DNA of 64,000 nucleotides from a virus: positions 32,001 through 96,000 of the IMG/VR virus record IMGVR_UViG_3300005563_000030; one strand, written 5' to 3'. The position numbers and the translations under genes were made by a program. Under the pieces are notes generated by a model. It was not told the DNA's origin. It saw nothing but the letters and a program-made list of their open reading frames with translations, and made no database searches. Below are positions 1 to 10,456 of the stretch, one piece after another; position 1 is the first letter of the stretch, and the number at the start of each line of letters is the position of its first letter.

Positions 1-3000
1 CAGTTCTGCCGCTAAGTCTTCCGGATTTTGATTAGTTAAATATCCTTGATAATCTGTATCTTGTTCAGCTATATCAGCAACAATACCTTTTACAGCCTTG
101 TTGTTTTTACCCATCCAGTCTTTATATTCAGCCCATTTTTCTTCACTTGTAGTGGCTGATCCATACTTTTTAAACTGAGTATTACCATTCTTATCCTTCT
201 CCATATAGAAGTCATAACGAGTAATAAAGAGTTTATCTATATCAAAGTCAGCGCCAGACAGGGCAATAAGTTCTTTAGGGAACATACCTGTACTTCCTAA
301 GTTTGCTGGTAAGAAGTCAACAAGTCTTAAGCTAATAAATGAGTGTTTATCCTGTGAAGGAATACGTACACCAAACATTTTAGCAATAGCTTCAGGAATA
401 GGCTGATCTCTAGGAAGACCTAACAACTCCTTGAAGTGAGCTGGAAGCATAAACTCTGAGTAGTATTGACCTGTAGGTTTACCATTCTCATCATACTCTG
501 AAACTTCGTGCTCCAGTTCGTGTTGGAATAATTGACCTACTTCAGTTACTTGCTCTTTAGTAACTACTCTCTCACTTTGAACACCATTATAGTTAGTGTC
601 CCAATGTTCTCTTGTTACATAATCCCACTCTACTACTCTACCATCTACAACTCTCTTAGCTCTCTTCATCATTTTGGTATCAATACCTGAGAACAGAGCT
701 ACTGTGTAACCCGGATTCTTCTGAGAAAGAATAGATTTAGAGAAATACGATAGGTATAACTGTTGAGACTTAGTTTTAACCGCAGATAAGTTAGCGTTAA
801 ATCTAATATTTCCATTATCATCTAGGCTAAAGAAGTCTAATAACTGAGCGTCAGAACCAGATGATTCTAATGTAGACGCTACACGTTTGTAGAATGTAGC
901 TAGTCTTGGTTGTACTTTACCTTCAGAGATAAGTTTATTAAGATCATCATTAAACTCAGTTATATCATATATTTCATTTAATGCTGCGTCAAAAGAGTTA
1001 CTTACTTTCTGAAGTACTGCATTCTGATATTCATCCTTAACTTGTCTAATTGTCTTTGTCACACCACTCATAACTACTTGTACATTATCTGACTGTTCAG
1101 AGTCAATCAATTGTAAAAGCTGAGTAGGGGTAGTGATTTCAAGCTTATTAGAAGGGTTCTCAGTCTGAAGACCAAAGTAGTTATTATCGTACAGGTGACC
1201 TTTTAAGTCAGAGAAATCAGCAGCTTTAGACACATCTAAAGTCATCATTTTAGAAGCAGATTCAGGAGCTGCAAAGTGTATACCATCAGCCTCCATCTTT
1301 CTTCTAAGAGTATCTAAAGTTTTCCAGTTAGGACGAGGTTTCCATTCACCTGTTTTAACATCCTTATAAGAAGTTAGGTCAGGTTGAAGAACAACTACCG
1401 ACATTTTGAAATAAGACTTACCATCTTTAAACACAAGTTTCAAAGAGTTAGTCATTTCATCCCAAGCTAAAATACCTTTTTCATCATCGAACACACCATC
1501 AAATCTTTTAACAATATCTTCACCTCTCTCGTTCTTAACTGTGTATTCTATGTTATGAATATCACCACCATCTTCCAGAACGTCTAAGAATTTAGCAAGA
1601 CGTGGAGATAATCTACCAAGTCCCCATAATGTATAACGAAGACCTTTCACAGTAGTATACATCTGAGCATCAGCTATCTTCGTACCATCTGCTGAAATAG
1701 GCTCTTTAAATATTGCTACTTTAGAGTGAGTAAATGCTTCAGTAATACCAAGTTCAGGTGCTAACAAATCAGTTCTAATAGATACAATAGCTGCGTTATC
1801 ACCTTTAGCACGTTTTACAGCATCAATACCACCATCATTCTTTAATGATAATGCTGGATCGCCATGCAATATCTGGTTGTAAGCTAGTGTATTAATATAG
1901 TCATTTAATAATACATGTCCAATATTTGTTTTGAAATGCTCATTTTTAGATACTGATTGAAGATTAAGATCAGCATCACCAACAACAAACTTTCTGTGAA
2001 GAAGTACATTGTTGTAGTCGCCATTCTGACCAACTTTGATAATACCTTCTTTAACCATCAGATTCATAGTATCATCTACCATCTTGTTGAGAGCGTTCTT
2101 CACTTCCTCTTTGATAGTAGCTTTATCTTCATCAGACAGAGCATCTCCATTACGTGCTTTTCTTTCAAGCAAGTTGGCTGTAGCTTTTGTTAATAAAGCA
2201 GTCATATTATCACTGAATTTCAAACCACGATAGCCTTTATTTACAGTAAAGCCATCTTCTTGGAATGAACCTGTGTGATAGTTTTCAACTATGTTATCTC
2301 TTAGTGTACCTATTTCACCTTGAACTCTTTGGATTCTATTGTACTCTTTTTCAACTTCACCCAGCATTATACCAAGTGTTTTCTCAGTAACAGTTCCTTC
2401 TCTATAAACGTCTAAGTTTATAGGCAGGTTTACTGTAGCTCCTGTTTTAGAAGCTTCAAGTACACGAATTAAGTGTGGAGTAGTTACAATATCTCCAGCA
2501 CCAGTCTTCTGTATCTTCTTATAAGAAACATAGAAGTTAAGGTTATTAATGAAGAACTCACGTGGAGAGTAGGAACCATAGGTTACACCTTCTTTTTGAT
2601 CTCTAAATTCTTGTGTAATTACTTGACCTTGTTTGTTTGTTTCAACTGCACGAAGACCGTCAATATTTTGATATTGTAGGTTATCAGCTACAGCTTCAAA
2701 GTCAGCAGAATTTAGAAGAAAATTTCGAGTAAGCCACTCAGCATCATAAGCATCCATAGCAGCACTAGCTTCTTCTCTATATCCTTGTTCTCTAAGTTGT
2801 CTTCTTGTATTAGCATCTCTTAATTGATATGAATATTTAACATTAAATGTACCATCTTGATGAGCAAATACAACTTTATTATCTGCTGTAGTAAATGATG
2901 ATTCTCCGACTGTTTCATCAAAGAACGCATTACCTTTAGCTACATTTAAGATACGTGTAACCATAGCTACATCAGCTCCTTCAGTTCCTTCTTCAGCAAC

Positions 3001-6000
3001 ATCTGGAACACCAGCTTCTTCGTCTTCTTCTTTAGTTCTTCTAAAGAATGGATTAGCATTAGTTGTCAAGGTCTTTGAAAGTTCATCCATGAAAGCTCTA
3101 TTTAGAGTGATTTCATCGGCGATTTTCATTACTTGAACATAATTATAGTTGCTCTTAGAGATGAAGATATTTTGAGGATCATCAAACTGTAACTCAGCTC
3201 CCTGAGCTTTGTATTGCTTGTTTAACTCATCAAATTTCTTAGCTCCTATACTAAGTAAAGAATACTTAACAAAGTCATGTGACATCTGAATGCCTATACT
3301 ACTAAGAATTGATCTTACTTCATTTACCCTCTGAGATAATTCCTCATCATTGATTCTTAAAGCTCTTCTTGGATCAAAGTAAGTGTTTCTTATTCTATCA
3401 ATTGCTCTACGAACAGTAGCTTGGTTCTCCTCACTCATTTCAGCATAACCATCAATGAAGTTATTAGACCATTTTTCAAACTGTACGTTCTCTACGTTTT
3501 TACGGTTAGCCGCATAAGAAACATATTGACCTTTTTTAGCATCGTAGTGTGTGAATACATAATCAATACGATATTTATTAAAACCTTTTTTAACCATCTC
3601 TAAAAGAGCTTGGTTTTTATTAGCTTCTATTCTATTCTCACCAAATAATACGTCTTCATTCAATCCTGTATCTTTGATGAATTTTTCAACAAAGTGACGA
3701 GATTGTTCATTATTGTCAGCAAAACGTATCATTCTCTGTAAGAATTTCACAGGATCATTAATATTTGCTGTAGCTCTTAATAATCCATAGTATACAGAAA
3801 TAGCGTCAATTGTAGCTATAACTGGTTTACCATTGGCTGTTTGAGTGTTTCCAAATCTGTCTGTTACTGGATAAGAAGTGAAGCCAATATAGTGACGCAG
3901 CATTCCCGGTAAGGATGAGAAACCACCAATGTTTTCAGTTTGGTTATCATATCCAGTTTTAGGAGAACCCGTATCTTGTTCTTCTTCTTCGAGACCGTTT
4001 TCAGCAAATTGCTCGAAGTAGTTCATTGAGTTAATGTACTTCTTAGCTGCATCCTTAATCACCTTTCTACTCTTCTCATCAGAATAAATAAAGTTCTCAT
4101 CAGAATTAGCTATAGCTGATAACTGTGCTTGACTAGCTCCAGCATATCTAATATTATTTGGATTATATGTTAGTTGAAGATCATTTAAGATTTCATCCAA
4201 TAATTTACTATCTGTTAATTTACTATATTCACCAGCCTTTCTGTACATTTCAAAATAAGCAGCTACATTCTGTATAACTTGTTTTGAAGTACGAGGATCA
4301 AGGTTTCTATTAATAATTCTTGTACCTGTTCCAACTGCTATCTGTGTAGGACGAGCTGGAATAAGCATGAATTTGAATTCCTGAGTTGTATTTTCGTCAG
4401 TAGTTTCTTGAGTGAAGGAGTTAGACGCAATATTAGAATACTTATATCCACCAGTGTTAATCTTGTTAAATACAGCATCCAATTGAGTACCGCTTCTTAA
4501 TAACCATTTGAAGAAACGTTCAATCATATCAAATAACTTCTGTAATGGACCAGCATTCTTTTTCTTATTGTTCCATTTACGAAACTCTTCAGCCATCCAT
4601 TCTTCAGCAGCCTTCTCTGTAGCTTGTTTTTCAGAAAGGTTAGTCCATTGACCATTAGCTTTCTGTTCTTTGATATGGTCTCTAATAGACTTTCCTTCTT
4701 TTTTCAATTGACTATACAATTGATCTGTAGCATATTTAAGAAGCTCTTGTTGCTCTTTAGCAGACATAAGTATATTAAATACTGCGTGGAAAGCTTCGTG
4801 ATATTCTTGACCAACTGCTGGAACTTGGCTGTTTAAATAGATTATACCATTTCTATAAGCACCCCATACATCAGTTTGTGGATTACCTACACCTTGTTGT
4901 TGTATTTGATTTATTACAGTTTCAAGGTCTTCAGTTTTGATAAATGAAGGCAGTACTGAAGATAAGTACATCTTAGCCTGCTCCATATCCATTAATTGAT
5001 TTAACTCTTTTACATTCTTATCAGAACGCATAAAGTCAAACTCAGCTCCGTTATTTGGTTGTTGCTGTTCTACTACTTTAAGTTTCATATCAGCAGCAAG
5101 TTCTTTGGGGCTCACTCCGGGAAGATCCATCATCTCACCAGTACTCATACTGAAGAATTGAACAGTATCTCCTTCTACGCGGTAATCAATACCTACTGAG
5201 TTCAAAGCATCTTTTACTGTAGGAAATGCAATTCCTTCCTGATCTTCTTGAGCTTGAGTAGAAGTCTCAGAAGTAACAGGAGCACCAGATTGATCTACTG
5301 GAACTGACGCAGTTTCAGCAAACATTCCACCTACTGCTGGCGTTGCACCAAATAAATCTTCAATAGGATTTACATTAGCATTAGTTACGTCTTCATAAAG
5401 TACCTGTCCATCAGCAGTACTAATTTTAGTAATACTATTAAAAGGCATCCAATGTTGTTCATCTGCACGGTCAAGTAACACTTGATTTTCTTGTTCATTC
5501 ACTCGAATAATTCTAAATGTACGACCATCTTGTGTATTTGCTGTAGTAGCATTACCACCAGTTAATGCTTGACCAACTCGTCTGTTTTTCTCCTGTTCTT
5601 CTGGAGTTATTGGTGCTTGAGTTGGCTGAGGCACTGGCTGACCTTGCTCTGTTCTCTCAGGAGCTGCTTGAGCTGTAGCTGCTCTATTTTCTTTGTTTGC
5701 AGCAGCCTGTATATTTTGTTCATTAGGAACAAATTTCATTGTTCCGTTTTTAAATACTTCAGGACCAGTTGCAGCAATTAATGAAGCGGCTAACGTATCA
5801 GCACTATCAACTTCAGCATCATCTAATACGCTCTGTTTAAAGTTGTTTTCTGCTATTGTAACACCAAGTTCTTTTAATACATCATCTTTCTCTTCTCTCT
5901 TTTTTACTTCCTTATTAATTGCTTCTACTAAGGCATCAAATGTGTTTATAGTAGCAAGCTTCTGTGGAGCAATAATCACACGACTTCTATAACCTGAAAC

Positions 6001-9000
6001 AGGTTCGTGAACGTCAAGACGTAATGCTCCAATAGGACTTAATGTAAGGTCATAAAACACCTTACCGTTTGGATCAGAGATAAACAGTTTATTATTTAAT
6101 TCTTCGTTATATTGTTTATTATAGTTTTTAGCTTCATCTGTAGGAAGTTTGTAATAGATTTCTCTATCCCCAATTAATAACTTCAGAGTAGACTCTTCTT
6201 TAGTAGACTCAATAAAGTTGGCATTAGCTGATTCTAAAGATCGTGCTTTTAATGAGTCAAGCATTTCATCTTTAGACTGTGTGGTCATCGTAGTTGGGTG
6301 AAGAGCTACTGGTTGAATAGTTCCATCTGGTTTCATAACCAGTCCAATATAACGACTATTTACATCTAGTAGTTTCTGGGCAGAAGAGGCTAGGTAGTCT
6401 AAAATCATTCTATCGTCAGCTCCCGGTGTTCTATAGAAATTAGCACCATATAAAGGAGTCATGAAGTCTGTTCTTTCTCTCACCATAGTATCTTCAACAA
6501 GACGTTTTGGTATAGAGATAATTACAGTAGTGTTGATAGGATTACCATTGGCTACAGGTAAAGAAACTGTATTATGCTTCACTTGACTATAGAAGCGAGG
6601 AGCTTGACCTCTTTCTAATAAGTCTAGTTCACCATATGTAATTACAGTGTCTACAAGTTCATTAAGTTCTTGTGGTGTAAGTGTGTATTCCTGAAGATTA
6701 TTATTTCTAAACTTCAGAGCTAAGTAATTTGTAAAAGCTACTTGTTTATTAAACTCATCTACGTCAGCCGCATGTTGAGCAGCAGGTTTACCTGTAAATT
6801 GTTGATACTGTTCAGGAGTAAGTCTGTCAATTGTAACAAAGTTATTTCCTACTTTGAATAGTAAGCGTTTAGGATAAGCAACCTTACCTATTTCTGCGCC
6901 ATTATGTGATACAGACAAGTCAATAGGAGCCCTTGACGCATACATTCCGGGGAATCCAGGTATTTGTGTGAATGATTGATCTGCTTGTTGTCTATTATAA
7001 GCCTCTTGATAATTTGGAGCAAGAGGTCTCACGGTAACACTAAGATTTTGTACTACTTGGTCTTTATTACCAGAGAATATAGCATCATTAAATGTACCTT
7101 TAAGGTCAGGAGCGACCCATACTTTACCCATAAAGTCACTGGTTCTAAACTCACTCTGTTCATTTACAGGTGGTGGAGTATTAGGTGTAACTGGTGGACC
7201 ACCAGCTTGGTTATCTGGTTGTTCTGGAGTATTTGGACTAGGTGTTTTCTGATTAGAAGTAGAGCCGACGCCTTCTAAGAAAGTCTTAGCTTGGTCAACT
7301 ACAGTATTAGGAACATAGAATTTCTTACCAGAAAGAGAAGTAACCATTGCATAGTCTTTTAAGTCTATGTTTGGATCTTCTAATTTTAGTTCGTCTATAG
7401 TTTGAAATCCTAATACTTGTAAACTGTCATCATCAAGTTTTGATTTACCTTCGATGGCAGCCATGAAATATCCTACTAGTCTAGCTCTTTCACTATCATC
7501 TTCAACAGGTTTATTTTCAACAAATCCTTCCTGTCCTTGTTGAACTGTTGGAGCTTGTGTTGCAGGATTTTGTTGTGTGTTTGTATTATTAGCTTGAGGC
7601 TGATTTGTTGTTTGTTGACCAGCATTTGCTTGTGAAGTATTGAAAGCAGCTTGTTGTTGAGCAGCTTGACCTTGTGTTTGGTCAGGAGCTAACTGAACAG
7701 GAGTTTCAATAGCTTCTTTTCTAGCTTTCTCAATAGCTTCAAATTGTTCTTTAAACCCACCTTTTGTAGTAAGACGAGCATATCTATCAATAGCTACGTT
7801 GTTTCTCATACCTAACTGCCAAATATCTTTAGCATATCCTTTCAATTCAGATACAAGATCAGGATGCATTAATTGATCTATGGTGATAGTGTCATCACCC
7901 ATATTCTTATAGAATGCTAATTTGTTTCTTCCTATTTCTGAATAGAAGTTAGCAACAAGCATATGGTATTTAGCATTTTGAAGCTTTTCATCCTTCTCAT
8001 TCAGAACATCTTCAATTTGGTCATGTTTAGCTTGTAATGCTTTTATTTTTTCCTTATTTGTTTCCGGTGTAGCCCTCAACTGAGAAGTTAGGAATTCAGC
8101 TTTTTCATATATTTCAGGAGAAATATTCTTATTCTGACTAAACTTACGTTTTATATCAGACATTTCTTCTTTAATAGACTTTACTTGGTCAGGTGTAAGC
8201 TGAGTTTTAGCTAATGAGTTTAGTATAGCTAATTGCTCTTTATACTTCTTTTTAAGCTCTTTTAGTCCATCTTCAGAAACCATCTGAATAGCTTCTTCTA
8301 CAGGAAAACCTATACCACCACGTAATGAAAGTTGCTCTCTAAGAGCTTTAGTACGATTAGCAGAATCTCTTGAAAGTGACATTGTACGAACTAAGTCTTC
8401 CTTAGCTTCTTCGTATGCAGCGTACTTTCCATTAATAATATCTTGTTTTTGTTTTTCTTCTTTGTTCTTGTAGTTACCAGTTCCTTTAAGTGTAAAAGGA
8501 TTAACGAATGTACGAGAAACTCTTTTATGTACATCATTAATGTACTCAGCATTTCTCACCATCGCATCTACATAGTCAGATACAGACTTCTTATTCTCAT
8601 CAGAAGCTGTAATGCCAAATGTTTTTTTGAACTCATCATTATCTAATTTTTTGAGTTCTTGTAATTGTTCCATACGTGTCTCAAACTTATTCTGTTTGAT
8701 ACCACTAATAACGAAACTTACAAACTGGTCATGCTTATAGTTTTTATAAGCAAATACATTACCATCAGCAGCAGCTTTTTGTAGGTCTTTCTGGATAGAA
8801 ATAGCCTCAACGCTTTCGCCATACTTGTTCTCAAATATACCACTAAGTGTATTAGTGTTAAGACCCTCTAATACATTATTAATTTGTTTTTTATAATCTG
8901 GATGTACATCTACGCCTCTTAGTTTGTAGTAAGCTCCTTCTACACCTTTATACATAGCACCACCAAGAAGACCATACACACTATTCTCCCATCCTTCACT

Positions 9001-10455
9001 AGTACCTAATGTTTCAGCCATACCAGTACCAAATGACTTTATGAAGTTGTTGGTAGTGGTAATATCTGGGTGATTATATTTTCTCTTATAGAAGTCATTG
9101 ACCCCTTTCTCAATCCAGTACTGAGAACCTTCCTCAAACATTTCTGAGCCAGATTCAATGAAGGCACTACCTACTTTACTATTAGCTATAGCTCTACCCC
9201 ATTTGGCTAATTTAGAACCTTTATCTACAGCTTCAAACAGGTCTATACTACCTTCTTTTAAGGCTATTTGAACACCTTGTTTTGCTTCAGCTTCTATAAG
9301 GTCTTTTGTAGCAGCTAATGGGCGTAACATATTACCCCATTGAATAGAGTTTGTTACAGCTAATAAAGCAGAGTTCATCAGGAAACGAGTGTTACCTGCC
9401 GCTCTGTTATTTCTATCAATCTTTTGATTTTCTTCGTAAGTAGGTATTCTACCATTCTCTTCATAGAACTGTTGTTGTAAGTCTTTATTCAACGCTCTAT
9501 AAGAGTCGATAGCTTCAAAGGCAGCTTCACCAATACCTGAAGTAATCATATTAGCTCCCCATAATCCTTTACGGAAAGCATAATTAAGTCTGTCAATTCC
9601 TTTTAATCCTTTTACAATATCATCTGCACTCTTAATAGAAGCCTTAAGGCCCCCAAGAGTATCTTCTCCAAGGTTGATTAGTTTACCTAATTTATATACA
9701 GCTTTGTTAATTTGCATAGCTGCAACAGGAACTTCACCAACACCACCAGTCATAGCACCAACAATAAGATCTTCAGCAACCGCACCACCAACGGCACCAA
9801 TTGTAAAACCTAAGTTTTCAAGTACTTTACCCCATCCATTACCTGAGTTACCAATGAATGGTGTCAAATTAGCAAATGGATGTTCACGTTCCCAGTTAGT
9901 CTCATAGTTTGGAAGATTCTTTTCACTCCAATCCATAAGATCAGTAGCCCAGTTATTTGTGGTGTTATCCCACATTTTATCAAGCTTACCCGCACCAACT
10001 GCACTAATCATATTAGGAATATCCATCATTGAGTTAGCGAAGCTACCTAACGCTTTAGTTCCTAATTTAGCAAAACGATTACCCCACTGATTAAGCCAGC
10101 TTTGGTTCTCTCCATACCAGTTCTCAAGATTCATATCATATGGATGATAACCACCAGACTCATTATTGCTATAACGCTCTGCCACCTTCTGATTAGTATA
10201 GTAAGGAGTACTTAAGAACTCTTGTTTTGCATTCTGGTTCTTAAGTGTATTAATATACAACGCATACATAGGGTTCACCTTACTTTGTCCATTTGGACCA
10301 GTAGGTGCAGTATTATCAAACAATAAATTAGGAGCTGTTGGAGGAGCAACATTTGGAAGATTATTAACTACTCTACCAGCTTCAGCATTTGGATCATATG
10401 TATTCTGTGGAATACTAGCTACTTGGCCCGGTTTGATGGGATCTTGTTGTGGCAT
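1..10455 (-). CDS. Giant virion-associated DNA-dependent RNA polymerase (crAss-like), C-terminus beyond the window edge; >3,480 aa, with internal zincin-like HExxH motif
   Basis: ATG at 10455 (MPQQDPIKPGQV...). In-frame motifs read by hand: LSGADFDIDKLF (~230-265), MFGVRIPSQDKHS (~340-380), QEYHEAFHAV (~4780-4810). The ORF track lists no closed minus-strand ORF here, consistent with one frame open to the edge. Confidence 0.9.
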   Translation of the reverse strand, partial: MPQQDPIKPGQVASIPQNTYDPNAEAGRVVNNLPNVAPPTAPNLLFDNTAPTGPNGQSKVNPMYALYINTLKNQNAKQEFLSTPYYTNQKVAERYSNNESGGYHPYDMNLENWYGENQSWLNQWGNRFAKLGTKALGSFANSMMDIPNMISAVGAGKLDKMWDNTTNNWATDLMDWSEKNLPNYETNWEREHPFANLTPFIGNSGNGWGKVLENLGFTIGAVGGAVAEDLIVGAMTGGVGEVPVAAMQINKAVYKLGKLINLGEDTLGGLKASIKSADDIVKGLKGIDRLNYAFRKGLWGANMITSGIGEAAFEAIDSYRALNKDLQQQFYEENGRIPTYEENQKIDRNNRAAGNTRFLMNSALLAVTNSIQWGNMLRPLAATKDLIEAEAKQGVQIALKEGSIDLFEAVDKGSKLAKWGRAIANSKVGSAFIESGSEMFEEGSQYWIEKGVNDFYKRKYNHPDITTTNNFIKSFGTGMAETLGTSEGWENSVYGLLGGAMYKGVEGAYYKLRGVDVHPDYKKQINNVLEGLNTNTLSGIFENKYGESVEAISIQKDLQKAAADGNVFAYKNYKHDQFVSFVISGIKQNKFETRMEQLQELKKLDNDEFKKTFGITASDENKKSVSDYVDAMVRNAEYINDVHKRVSRTFVNPFTLKGTGNYKNKEEKQKQDIINGKYAAYEEAKEDLVRTMSLSRDSANRTKALREQLSLRGGIGFPVEEAIQMVSEDGLKELKKKYKEQLAILNSLAKTQLTPDQVKSIKEEMSDIKRKFSQNKNISPEIYEKAEFLTSQLRATPETNKEKIKALQAKHDQIEDVLNEKDEKLQNAKYHMLVANFYSEIGRNKLAFYKNMGDDTITIDQLMHPDLVSELKGYAKDIWQLGMRNNVAIDRYARLTTKGGFKEQFEAIEKARKEAIETPVQLAPDQTQGQAAQQQAAFNTSQANAGQQTTNQPQANNTNTQQNPATQAPTVQQGQEGFVENKPVEDDSERARLVGYFMAAIEGKSKLDDDSLQVLGFQTIDELKLEDPNIDLKDYAMVTSLSGKKFYVPNTVVDQAKTFLEGVGSTSNQKTPSPNTPEQPDNQAGGPPVTPNTPPPVNEQSEFRTSDFMGKVWVAPDLKGTFNDAIFSGNKDQVVQNLSVTVRPLAPNYQEAYNRQQADQSFTQIPGFPGMYASRAPIDLSVSHNGAEIGKVAYPKRLLFKVGNNFVTIDRLTPEQYQQFTGKPAAQHAADVDEFNKQVAFTNYLALKFRNNNLQEYTLTPQELNELVDTVITYGELDLLERGQAPRFYSQVKHNTVSLPVANGNPINTTVIISIPKRLVEDTMVRERTDFMTPLYGANFYRTPGADDRMILDYLASSAQKLLDVNSRYIGLVMKPDGTIQPVALHPTTMTTQSKDEMLDSLKARSLESANANFIESTKEESTLKLLIGDREIYYKLPTDEAKNYNKQYNEELNNKLFISDPNGKVFYDLTLSPIGALRLDVHEPVSGYRSRVIIAPQKLATINTFDALVEAINKEVKKREEKDDVLKELGVTIAENNFKQSVLDDAEVDSADTLAASLIAATGPEVFKNGTMKFVPNEQNIQAAANKENRAATAQAAPERTEQGQPVPQPTQAPITPEEQEKNRRVGQALTGGNATTANTQDGRTFRIIRVNEQENQVLLDRADEQHWMPFNSITKISTADGQVLYEDVTNANVNPIEDLFGATPAVGGMFAETASVPVDQSGAPVTSETSTQAQEDQEGIAFPTVKDALNSVGIDYRVEGDTVQFFSMSTGEMMDLPGVSPKELAADMKLKVVEQQQPNNGAEFDFMRSDKNVKELNQLMDMEQAKMYLSSVLPSFIKTEDLETVINQIQQQGVGNPQTDVWGAYRNGIIYLNSQVPAVGQEYHEAFHAVFNILMSAKEQQELLKYATDQLYSQLKKEGKSIRDHIKEQKANGQWTNLSEKQATEKAAEEWMAEEFRKWNNKKKNAGPLQKLFDMIERFFKWLLRSGTQLDAVFNKINTGGYKYSNIASNSFTQETTDENTTQEFKFMLIPARPTQIAVGTGTRIINRNLDPRTSKQVIQNVAAYFEMYRKAGEYSKLTDSKLLDEILNDLQLTYNPNNIRYAGASQAQLSAIANSDENFIYSDEKSRKVIKDAAKKYINSMNYFEQFAENGLEEEEQDTGSPKTGYDNQTENIGGFSSLPGMLRHYIGFTSYPVTDRFGNTQTANGKPVIATIDAISVYYGLLRATANINDPVKFLQRMIRFADNNEQSRHFVEKFIKDTGLNEDVLFGENRIEANKNQALLEMVKKGFNKYRIDYVFTHYDAKKGQYVSYAANRKNVENVQFEKWSNNFIDGYAEMSEENQATVRRAIDRIRNTYFDPRRALRINDEELSQRVNEVRSILSSIGIQMSHDFVKYSLLSIGAKKFDELNKQYKAQGAELQFDDPQNIFISKSNYNYVQVMKIADEITLNRAFMDELSKTLTTNANPFFRRTKEEDEEAGVPDVAEEGTEGADVAMVTRILNVAKGNAFFDETVGESSFTTADNKVVFAHQDGTFNVKYSYQLRDANTRRQLREQGYREEASAAMDAYDAEWLTRNFLLNSADFEAVADNLQYQNIDGLRAVETNKQGQVITQEFRDQKEGVTYGSYSPREFFINNLNFYVSYKKIQKTGAGDIVTTPHLIRVLEASKTGATVNLPINLDVYREGTVTEKTLGIMLGEVEKEYNRIQRVQGEIGTLRDNIVENYHTGSFQEDGFTVNKGYRGLKFSDNMTALLTKATANLLERKARNGDALSDEDKATIKEEVKNALNKMVDDTMNLMVKEGIIKVGQNGDYNNVLLHRKFVVGDADLNLQSVSKNEHFKTNIGHVLLNDYINTLAYNQILHGDPALSLKNDGGIDAVKRAKGDNAAIVSIRTDLLAPELGITEAFTHSKVAIFKEPISADGTKIADAQMYTTVKGLRYTLWGLGRLSPRLAKFLDVLEDGGDIHNIEYTVKNERGEDIVKRFDGVFDDEKGILAWDEMTNSLKLVFKDGKSYFKMSVVVLQPDLTSYKDVKTGEWKPRPNWKTLDTLRRKMEADGIHFAAPESASKMMTLDVSKAADFSDLKGHLYDNNYFGLQTENPSNKLEITTPTQLLQLIDSEQSDNVQVVMSGVTKTIRQVKDEYQNAVLQKVSNSFDAALNEIYDITEFNDDLNKLISEGKVQPRLATFYKRVASTLESSGSDAQLLDFFSLDDNGNIRFNANLSAVKTKSQQLYLSYFSKSILSQKNPGYTVALFSGIDTKMMKRAKRVVDGRVVEWDYVTREHWDTNYNGVQSERVVTKEQVTEVGQLFQHELEHEVSEYDENGKPTGQYYSEFMLPAHFKELLGLPRDQPIPEAIAKMFGVRIPSQDKHSFISLRLVDFLPANLGSTGMFPKELIALSGADFDIDKLFITRYDFYMEKDKNGNTQFKKYGSATTSEEKWAEYKDWMGKNNKAVKGIVADIAEQDTDYQGYLTNQNPEDLAAEL

Positions 10456-10456
10456 A

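Noticed and set aside
1957-9907. Plus-strand ORFs in the track across the late region
   Set aside because: Antisense shadows of the RNAP and other minus-strand genes
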